Source of the DNA: an uncultured Collinsella sp.
GTDB taxonomy: Bacteria; Actinomycetota; Coriobacteriia; Coriobacteriales; Coriobacteriaceae
DNA length: 49,422 nucleotides
Reading direction: 5' to 3'
Assembly (NCBI GenBank): GCA_900547805.1
Contig: URIE01000001.1
Coordinates: forward strand, 1-49,422
Shown here: positions 42,249 to 49,422 of the stretch, piece after piece
Numbering within the stretch: the stretch's first letter is position 1
Layout: every line of letters begins with the position of its first letter
The notes under the pieces: generated by a model
What the model was told of the DNA's origin: nothing
Databases searched by the model: none
The model's input: only the letters and a program-made list of their open reading frames with translations
Program-made: the position numbers and the translations under genes

Positions 42249-44465
42249 TTGGATGATGTTTTATGGAACAATTCCCGCAATCGAGCTCACGCGGCCCGCG
42301 CCGCGCGCCCGATAACCAGGCGCCGCACGAACGCCCGCGCAGGCGACCCGCGACGCACCCCGAGCCCCCATCGAGCACCCGCCAACAAAGCGGACCACGC
42401 CAGCGCCGCCGCCGCGGACCAGACGCCCACTCGTCCCAAATCTCGTTACATTCCCGCCCTCGACGGCCTGCGCACGCTCGCCGTTGTCGCGGTGGTGCTC
42501 TATCACCTCAATCTTACGTGGGCTCAGGGCGGCCTGCTCGGCGTCACGATCTTCTTTGTGCTTTCGGGCTATCTAATCACGCGCCTGCTGCTCAACGAAG
42601 TCGCCAAGACCGGGCGCATCGACCTCAAGAGCTTCTGGATTCGCCGCATCCGCCGTCTGTTCCCCGCCGTAGTGACCGTCGTGGTGGTTACCTGCGCGCT
42701 GTGCACGATCTTTAACCACGTGATGCTCACCAAGATGCGTCCCGACATCCTGCCGTCGCTGCTGTTCTTCAACAACTGGTGGCAGATCGCGCAGGACGTC
42801 TCGTACTTCAACGCCTTGGGCGACCCCTCGCCGCTCACGCACTTTTGGTCGCTCGCCATCGAGGAGCAGTTCTACCTGGTTTGGCCGCCGCTGCTGCTTG
42901 CCATGGTATCCATGCACATGAGCAAGCCCAGCACGCGCCGCGTGGTTCTGGGCTTGGCTGCGGTTTCCGCCATCGCCATGATGGTGCTCTACAACCCTGC
43001 CGCCGACCCCAGCCGCGTGTACTACGGCACCGACACCCGCGTCTTCTCGCTGCTGCTGGGCGCCTGGATGGCCTTTATCCCCGATCGCGACCTGGCGCCC
43101 GTGCGCCTCGCGCATCGTCTGGGGCTCGACCGCCTGGTTGGCGCCGCCAGGCACGGAAAGAATGCCGAGAACAAACAGGGTACGAAGGCCGACAACGCAG
43201 CCGAGACTGCCCCAGCCCAGCCGAGCGCGCTCGTACGCTTTTGGTCCTCACCCGCATCCATCGATGTGTTGGGCGTTGTGGGCCTGGTTGGCCTTGCCGC
43301 CATGGTCGCGCTCACCAACGGCTACACGGCATTCCAGTATCGCGGAGGCACGCTGCTGTGCTCCATCCTTACGCTCATGGTCATCGCGGCCTGCGTGCAG
43401 CCCCAGGGAATGGTGGCCCGCGCGCTATCCGCCGAGCCGCTCGTATGGGTTGGCAAGCGCTCCTACAGCATCTACCTGTGGCACTATCCGCTGTTGCTGC
43501 TCATGAACCCGGTCGCCAACATCAACGATACGCCCTGGTGGCAGTACATTTTGCAGGTACTGCTGGTGGTCGCCGTGGCCGAGTGCTCCTACCGCTTTAT
43601 CGAGACGCCGTTTAGGAAGGGCGTCTTCGGACGCACCGTCTCCGAGTTCCGCAATGGCACCACCACGCCTGCCAATTGGGTGCGCGCGCATATTCCCGTT
43701 TGCGCCGCCTGCGCTGTCGTACTGGTCGTTGCACTGGGCGGCTTGATCTTTGTGCCCGAGACGTCTGCACTCAGCGGCGAAGGTGCCGAAGTCCTCAACA
43801 AAGAAGCCAAAAACGCCACGCCTAAGGACCAGCAAGCGGCAGACGACACCGACAAGGACAACGACGGCTTCGCTGACGGCTCCTACGACCTGCTGATGAT
43901 CGGCGACTCCGTATCGCTGCGCGCCGTGGATTCCTTTGATGGCGTGTTCCCGCACAGTCATATCGATGCCGAAAAGGGCCGCCAATTCGATGCGGGCCGT
44001 GCGACATTTGAGGGCTATATCCAGCAGAACCTTGCCGGCAAAATCGTGGTCTTTGCCCTGGGCACCAACGGCTTGGTGACCGACGACCAGATCGATGCCA
44101 TCATGTCCCATGCCGGAGACAAGCGCATCGTGGTGTTTGTAAACACGCGCAGCCCGCAGCCGTGGGTTGGTTCGACCAACCAGGCCATTGCCAACGCTGC
44201 CACGCGCTACAAGAACGTGCGCGTTGTCGACTGGTACGGATACAGCGCTAACCGAAATGACCTGTTCGACGGCGATGGCACGCATCTATCGACCACCGGC
44301 GTGACCGAGTATCTCAACTTGATCCACGACGCGGTCAAGAAGGACCTGCCCGTGCACCCCGAGGACCACGTCAACGACCCGCAGCCGGCAGCGGTCAAGT
44401 CTGCCACCGACGCACTCGTCAACGCGCTCGCCTTCAAGCCGCACAAGCTGGGTACCGATAAGTAA
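42249..44465 (+). CDS. AT3-SGNH O-acyltransferase (OatA-like); start uncertain
   Basis: LDGLR, FFVLSGYLIT, RR.RRL, HFWSLAIEEQFY, RVYYGTDTR and SYSIYLWH; SGNH domain IGDSV, GTNG, DGTH. Confidence 0.88.
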   Translation: MDDVLWNNSRNRAHAARAARPITRRRTNARAGDPRRTPSPHRAPANKADHASAAAADQTPTRPKSRYIPALDGLRTLAVVAVVLYHLNLTWAQGGLLGVTIFFVLSGYLITRLLLNEVAKTGRIDLKSFWIRRIRRLFPAVVTVVVVTCALCTIFNHVMLTKMRPDILPSLLFFNNWWQIAQDVSYFNALGDPSPLTHFWSLAIEEQFYLVWPPLLLAMVSMHMSKPSTRRVVLGLAAVSAIAMMVLYNPAADPSRVYYGTDTRVFSLLLGAWMAFIPDRDLAPVRLAHRLGLDRLVGAARHGKNAENKQGTKADNAAETAPAQPSALVRFWSSPASIDVLGVVGLVGLAAMVALTNGYTAFQYRGGTLLCSILTLMVIAACVQPQGMVARALSAEPLVWVGKRSYSIYLWHYPLLLLMNPVANINDTPWWQYILQVLLVVAVAECSYRFIETPFRKGVFGRTVSEFRNGTTTPANWVRAHIPVCAACAVVLVVALGGLIFVPETSALSGEGAEVLNKEAKNATPKDQQAADDTDKDNDGFADGSYDLLMIGDSVSLRAVDSFDGVFPHSHIDAEKGRQFDAGRATFEGYIQQNLAGKIVVFALGTNGLVTDDQIDAIMSHAGDKRIVVFVNTRSPQPWVGSTNQAIANAATRYKNVRVVDWYGYSANRNDLFDGDGTHLSTTGVTEYLNLIHDAVKKDLPVHPEDHVNDPQPAAVKSATDALVNALAFKPHKLGTDK

Positions 44466-44488
44466 CGCGCAGTCAAATCTGCTTGCAC

Positions 44489-44526
44489 CCGCAGGGGGCG
44501 TCGGCCGCGGCCGACGCCCCCTGCGG
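44489..44526. repeat. Perfect 38-bp loopless palindrome
   Basis: ccgcagggggcgtcggccg|cggccgacgccccctgcgg. Confidence 0.9.
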
Positions 44527-44648
44527 CAGTTAGGGACGTTCCTTTTATGCCGGACCTGGGGACAGGACACTCCTACGACAAGCGAAAGCCGCCCCTGGGC
44601 TGTCAATTCCAGTCCGGGGGCGGCTTCGCAACAACATGCCAAGGGGTC

Positions 44649-44866
44649 GTGGGCAAAAAATGGCAAATATGAGTACTGTTACCATTTTAGTAGCAGGCAA
44701 AACCGCCGAAAATAACGCCTGAGTGACCCCTGCGCATCCATGCGGCAACCAACCAGACCTGCCGAGGCAAATTTTAATGAACACAATTCTAATTGTGTTC
44801 ATTATTTTATTGGTTATAAATGATATCCATATAGCAACAGTACTCATATTTGGCATTTTTGCCCAC
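44649..44866. repeat. 218-bp MITE-like element with about 34-bp imperfect terminal inverted repeats and AT-rich interior
   Basis: gtgggcaaaaaatggcaaatatgagtactgtt ... aacagtactcatatttggcatttttgcccac. Confidence 0.75.
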
Positions 44867-44898
44867 TGCGATATAACTAACCCCCCCCTATAGCAAGC

Positions 44899-44931
44899 AA
44901 AAAACAGGCCGCGGCCCATTGCTGCGGCCTG
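44899..44931 (-). terminator. Terminator after NRAMP gene
   Basis: caggccgc...gcggcctg stem followed by TTTTTT on the minus strand. Confidence 0.7.
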
Positions 44932-44952
44932 CCCGAAGCCCCAAAAGGGACG

Positions 44953-46215
44953 TTAAGCGCTGTAACCCATCGCCTGAAGCACAAACATAACAACCGTCAG
45001 CACCGTGATCACGCCGATGGTCGCCCACGTGAGCACGTTCCACACGCGGCCGTTGCGGTTGGCGCCCATAATGTGGCGATCGGCGGCGATAACCACCTGG
45101 AACACCAGAACCACAGGCAGCAGCACGCCGTTGATGACCTGCGAGGTCATCATGATCTGGAACAAATCGACGCCGGGCATAAGCACCAGCACGGCAGAGA
45201 TACCGATAATGGCTGTAATGATGCCGCGGTAGACCGGAGCCTCGTCCCAGCTGCGATCGGCGCCGCGCTCCCAGCCAAATGCCTCGCAAATGGCGCTGGA
45301 CGTAACACCCGGCAGCACGCAGGCGGCCAAGAAGCTCGCGGCGACCAGGCCCGAGGCAAACAGTACCGTGGACCACTGACCCGCAATAGGCTCCAGCGCG
45401 CGGGCAGCATCGGCAGCATCGCTGATCTGAATACCCGCCGGGAACAACACCGTACCAGTCGTGATGATAATAAAGCCGGCAATGACATCGGCGGCAAGCG
45501 AGCCGCTCACGGTATCGATGCGCTGCAGCACGATATCGTCCTCGCCCGCGTTCTTGTCGACCACGTTGTTCTGTGCCAGGAAAATCATCCACGGGGCGAT
45601 GGTGGTACCGATCGTTGCGACCACGAGCGACACATAGTTGGGATCGTTTTGAATATTGGGCACGACCAAATCGACCGCGACCTCGCCCCAGTTGGGACCA
45701 GCCATAAACGCGGCGACGATATAGGTCACGAACACACAGCTCACCAGCAGCAAAATCTTCTCGATGCGCTGGAAACTTCCCGACATGGTAAGCATCCACA
45801 CCAGCAGCGCCACCAACGGCACCGAGATGCTCGCCGGCACGCCAAAAAGAGCAAGGCCGCTGGCGATGCCCGCAAACTCCGAAATGGTCACGGCCGTGTT
45901 GGCGATCAACAGCGCCGCCATGGCCAGCACGCTCTTGCGCACGCCAAAGCGCTCGCGAATGAGCGAAGCCAGGCCCTTACCCGTGACACAACCGCAACGC
46001 GCCGCGGTCTCCTGCGTCACGATAAGCAGCACGGTCATGACGGGGAGCATCCAGAGCATCTTGTAGCCATAGCTGGCGCCCGCGCTGGAATACGTGGCGA
46101 TGCCGCCAGCGTCATTGCCCGAAAGCGCCGCCAGCAGACCAGGGCCCATAGCGCCAAAGATGGCGGCAATGGTCAGCTTTTGCTTGGTGCTCGGCTTTTG
46201 CTTCGTGTTTTGCAC
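44953..46215 (-). CDS. NRAMP-related Mg2+ transporter (NRMT-type)
   Basis: TM1 GPG...NDAGG in place of DPGN and TM6 GTTIAPW in place of MPH; GTG 46215 after AGGTGG; coupled to the MgtE-N gene. Confidence 0.85.
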   Translation of the reverse strand: MQNTKQKPSTKQKLTIAAIFGAMGPGLLAALSGNDAGGIATYSSAGASYGYKMLWMLPVMTVLLIVTQETAARCGCVTGKGLASLIRERFGVRKSVLAMAALLIANTAVTISEFAGIASGLALFGVPASISVPLVALLVWMLTMSGSFQRIEKILLLVSCVFVTYIVAAFMAGPNWGEVAVDLVVPNIQNDPNYVSLVVATIGTTIAPWMIFLAQNNVVDKNAGEDDIVLQRIDTVSGSLAADVIAGFIIITTGTVLFPAGIQISDAADAARALEPIAGQWSTVLFASGLVAASFLAACVLPGVTSSAICEAFGWERGADRSWDEAPVYRGIITAIIGISAVLVLMPGVDLFQIMMTSQVINGVLLPVVLVFQVVIAADRHIMGANRNGRVWNVLTWATIGVITVLTVVMFVLQAMGYSA

Positions 46216-46223
46216 GCGACCAC

Positions 46224-48068
46224 CTATCCCATGACCGACATGGTGAGCAACACCGCAGCGGTGCAGTACGCCACACACGAGATCATGACGGCAATAACGT
46301 TCATGGCGGTACCCGACGTATTGAGGTCGTGCTCATCGCGCCAGAACAGCACCATCAGATAGATCACGGCGCTCATGTTGCTGACCAGGCAGATGATGGC
46401 AGCGATGTTAAAGCACCCGGTAAAGAGCTGCTCCTCGAACATGGGGGCATCGGGGAACGCGGCAGTACGCACCAGCTGGGCGCACAGGTAAGTCACGAGC
46501 GACAAGATCAGGCCCATGCCCGTGCTCTGGAAGAAGAATCCCAGGTACGGTTTGGGCTCGTCGTCGTGCCCGTCGTACTCCAGGAAGTAGTTCTTGACGA
46601 ACGACACCATGCGCGACGCCGCCAGCAGCACGAGCGGCATGGCGCACATGGGAAACACCACCAGGTGCGCGGAGCCGAGCGCCGTCCCCAGCACGGTCGC
46701 CATAATGCACGAGGCGATGCCCCACACGACAACCCAGTACTGGCGGTGCACGAACCAGCTAAGCACGTTCGTCGAGTCGTCCGATGCGCTGTCGCCCGAG
46801 CCGATGCCGGCGATCTGCAGGTCCTCCTGGTGCTCCTCGGCGATAACGTCCATAGCGTCGTCGAAGGTCACGATACCCAGGATGTGGCGGTTCTCGTCGC
46901 AGACGGGGATGGCGACCAGGTCGTACTTGGTCATCTCGTCCGTTACATCTTCCTGGTCCTCGTCGGGTGACACATAAACCAGGTCACGGTAGGCGAGCTG
47001 GCCCAGCGTGGCGTCGCGGTCGGCCACGATCAGCGTGCGTAGCGAAAGCACACCCGTCAGCATGCCGCTCGGATCCTCGGTGTAAACGTAGTAGACGCTC
47101 TCGAAGTCCTCGTCGAGTTTGCGGATTGCCTCGATGGCATCGCCGACCGTCGCCGTGGCGGGCAGGGAGACAAACTCCGAGGTCATGATGCGGCCGGCGG
47201 TGTTGTCCTCGTAGCCCAGCAGGTTGCGAATCGCCTTCTCCTCCTTGACGCCCATCAGGCGCAGGAGCTTCTCGGCCTTCTCGTAATCGAGCTCGTCGAT
47301 CAGGTCGGCGGCGTCGTCCGGGTCCATCATGGCCAGCATCGACGATGCGTCGGTGTCGGACATGCCCTCGAGCATCTCGGTCATGAGCTCGTCGTCATCG
47401 AACTCAGAGATGGCCTCGGCGGCCTGGGCGGTGTCGAGCTGCGCGAACACCTGCGCGCGCAGGCGCGGGTCGAGCTGCTCGATAATGTCGGCGATGTCGG
47501 CAGGGTGCAGCTCGCCGAGCGTCTTGTGCGACACCGAGAGCTGGATGTTCTTGGTCGAGCGGTCGAGCAGGTCCATGTAGGACCAGGCGATGATGTCCTC
47601 GCTGAGCGGCTTGCCCAGGTGCTTCATAAAGCCCTCGACGACATGCTCGAGCGCGGGGCTGATGGCGCGCAGCAGACCGCGGGCGCCGACCTCGGCACCC
47701 AGCAGACGCAGCTGGTTTTCGCCCGACATGGAGAACTTGATGTCGTTTACGCGCACGACCTTCATGCCCTGCGTATCGACGATCTGCTTATTGAGAACAT
47801 CGCGCGCCAGCAGGAGCTCGGTCGGCTGCAGGTACGAGAAGCGAATATTGGTGGCAGACGTATTGAGATACACGCCCGTCTCGTCGATGCGGTCGACCCA
47901 TTTGCGCCAGCTGATCATGAACGGCGTCTTGCCGGGACCGCGGAACGCGAGCGACGTCACGTGCGGAAAAACTTCGCCGGTTGCAATGCCAAAATCGTTG
48001 ACCACGCCGAGCTTTTCGCCGTCGACGTCCAAGACCGGCAATTTGAGCATCTCACTCAGATAATTCAA
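46224..48068 (-). CDS. PRC-barrel + MgtE N-domain + CBS-pair protein with atypical C-terminal membrane part
   Basis: LHPADIADIIEQL, PDDAADL, YEDNTAGRIMT and LGIVTFDD; TTG start after GGGGAG. Confidence 0.85.
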   Translation of the reverse strand: MNYLSEMLKLPVLDVDGEKLGVVNDFGIATGEVFPHVTSLAFRGPGKTPFMISWRKWVDRIDETGVYLNTSATNIRFSYLQPTELLLARDVLNKQIVDTQGMKVVRVNDIKFSMSGENQLRLLGAEVGARGLLRAISPALEHVVEGFMKHLGKPLSEDIIAWSYMDLLDRSTKNIQLSVSHKTLGELHPADIADIIEQLDPRLRAQVFAQLDTAQAAEAISEFDDDELMTEMLEGMSDTDASSMLAMMDPDDAADLIDELDYEKAEKLLRLMGVKEEKAIRNLLGYEDNTAGRIMTSEFVSLPATATVGDAIEAIRKLDEDFESVYYVYTEDPSGMLTGVLSLRTLIVADRDATLGQLAYRDLVYVSPDEDQEDVTDEMTKYDLVAIPVCDENRHILGIVTFDDAMDVIAEEHQEDLQIAGIGSGDSASDDSTNVLSWFVHRQYWVVVWGIASCIMATVLGTALGSAHLVVFPMCAMPLVLLAASRMVSFVKNYFLEYDGHDDEPKPYLGFFFQSTGMGLILSLVTYLCAQLVRTAAFPDAPMFEEQLFTGCFNIAAIICLVSNMSAVIYLMVLFWRDEHDLNTSGTAMNVIAVMISCVAYCTAAVLLTMSVMG

Positions 48069-48207
48069 TGGTGCTCCCCATCATTATTCCTCCGGACGCG
48101 GCCGCGCGTGCGGCGTCCGGGGGCTTCTGGATATGTATACGCATGCGCGGGCGGCACGCCGCTCGACGCTTACACCCCGTGCATGCGCAAAAAGCACCTG
48201 CATGGGG

Positions 48208-48240
48208 TCATCGACTGTATGGTCGAGGTTTGGATTTCAC
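48208..48240 (-). CDS. Putative 10-aa leader peptide MKSKPRPYSR
   Basis: GAGAAAGG-N6-GTG...TGA, downstream of extended -10 TGcTATAGT (48277-48285), followed by hairpins. Confidence 0.45.
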   Translation of the reverse strand: MKSKPRPYSR

Positions 48241-48394
48241 CTGTAACCTTTCTCTTGACCCTCATTAACCGCAGTAACTATAGCATCAGCATCGCCCTGC
48301 GGCATCGAATTTATGCGCTGCACATTGCAGGCATACCAAACGCTGACGCATCCGTGACATAGCTGTTGGGTGTTCTTAAACGACTACCCAATGA

Positions 48395-49422
48395 CTACTC
48401 TGTGGTGTCGTCGTCCTCGGCAAGTTGGGGGAACACGGCGTCCTTGGGCATGGCGGCCTTCGTCAGCGAGGTGAGCTTTTTGCTCAGCGACGTGTCCGTC
48501 TTGACCAGGTCGCTGAGCGTCACGATCTTGTAGCCGTCGGCGACAAGACCGTCGATAATCTGCGGCAGCGCCTCGAGCGTCTGCTCGGCGCATTCGTCTC
48601 TATCGGTGAGCAGCACGATATTGCCCGGCGTCACCGAATCGAGCACCGTCGAGACCTGCTCGTCGGCACCGTTGAGCAGCCAGTCGCCCGAGTCAATATT
48701 CCACGAGACCACGGCGGAGACCAGGTCCATCGCATCAATCCAGTTTTGCTCGTCAAAGGCAGCGTAGGGAGCACGCAGCAGCATCGTCTTCACGCCGGTC
48801 GTCGACTTAATCGCATCGGTGCCTTTCGTGATCTGTTCGCGTACCGTCTCACGGTCCTGACCCTTGAGCGAATCGTCACTGTAGCTGTTGGATCCGATCT
48901 CGCACCCGGCATCGACAATCGCCTTGGCCGTGGCAGGCGAGGCCTCGGCCGCATCACCCGAAAGGAAGAACGTCGCGGTAACGCCCTTTTCCTTGAGCAC
49001 CTGCAAGATCTGTTTGGTGGCGCCGCTCGGACCCTCGTCAAACGTCAGCGCCACGTACTTTTTGTTGCCCTTGGGCGCCACGCTGGCGCACGCAACAACG
49101 CAATCGGTGGCGGGCACAACCTCGCCGCGGTCTTGCGTCTTGCCCGACTGCTCACCAATCCACACCTCGGAGCGGCCCTGGACACCCCATGTCTGCACAT
49201 ACTCGATAGCGCCCGTACCCTCGACCTTGAGCTTGGGCTCGATAACCGTAGCCTGAACCTCATGCTTCTCGTAGGTGTTACGGCCATCCTTGACCGTCAC
49301 CTTCTCGCCGCCCTCAAGTTCGCGGCTTTTCCACTTACCCTGTTTTATGCGCTTGCCGTCCACCTTAACCGACAGCTTTTCGCCCCCATGGCGCTTGAGC
49401 ACGCTGTCATCGACGGCCAGCA
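48395..49422 (-). CDS. Polysaccharide deacetylase (NodB/CE4)-like protein, degenerate active site, 5'-truncated by window edge
   Basis: VALTFDEGP, ATFF, RAPY, WNIDSGDW, GNIVLL; frame is open to the window end. Confidence 0.85.
   Translation of the reverse strand, partial: LAVDDSVLKRHGGEKLSVKVDGKRIKQGKWKSRELEGGEKVTVKDGRNTYEKHEVQATVIEPKLKVEGTGAIEYVQTWGVQGRSEVWIGEQSGKTQDRGEVVPATDCVVACASVAPKGNKKYVALTFDEGPSGATKQILQVLKEKGVTATFFLSGDAAEASPATAKAIVDAGCEIGSNSYSDDSLKGQDRETVREQITKGTDAIKSTTGVKTMLLRAPYAAFDEQNWIDAMDLVSAVVSWNIDSGDWLLNGADEQVSTVLDSVTPGNIVLLTDRDECAEQTLEALPQIIDGLVADGYKIVTLSDLVKTDTSLSKKLTSLTKAAMPKDAVFPQLAEDDDTTE

Noticed and set aside
44545..44919. 124-aa ORF across the AT-rich element
   Set aside because: It spans the terminator and both inverted repeats, has atypical composition and shows no homology cues.
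48069..48390. M-box (ykoK) riboswitch
   Set aside because: The conserved AGGUGAGGCU and downstream M-box blocks were not found by eye. An Infernal/Rfam scan would settle it.

Overview
High-GC actinobacterial chromosome segment. The membrane-bound LuxR, NRMT-type NRAMP and repeat families point to Coriobacteriia, probably Collinsella (inference). There are about 35 real genes; most other ORFs in the track are GC-rich shadow frames. Left to right: partial MgtA-type P-ATPase; a minus-strand cluster of two paralogous lipoproteins, a double-zinc-ribbon protein broken by an in-frame TAG, a small membrane protein and a polytopic LuxR; a 6.8-kb sugar module (DUF4038/apiosidase-like, PTS EIIBC, Ig-esterase, DUF1593) bracketed by two copies of a 65-bp palindrome; a DUF4428/YdjG-like/SPFH/lipoprotein operon converging on a kinase + pseudokinase + NarL-type regulator trio; GH1; AAA ATPase; DUF4867; luxS; ROK; a YczE-like pseudogene; an FGGY kinase/split transketolase/FucI-like isomerase operon with LacI; a LicT-PTS-GH1 bgl module with three RAT sites; nucleoside hydrolase and ribokinase; an OatA-like acyltransferase; NRMT plus an MgtE-N/CBS protein with a putative leader peptide; and a partial degenerate polysaccharide deacetylase. 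The best candidate for an undescribed system is a split, LacI-coregulated apioside/D-apiose utilisation regulon. No rRNA, tRNA, CRISPR array or transposase was seen. All family assignments come from motif recognition by eye, not from searches.
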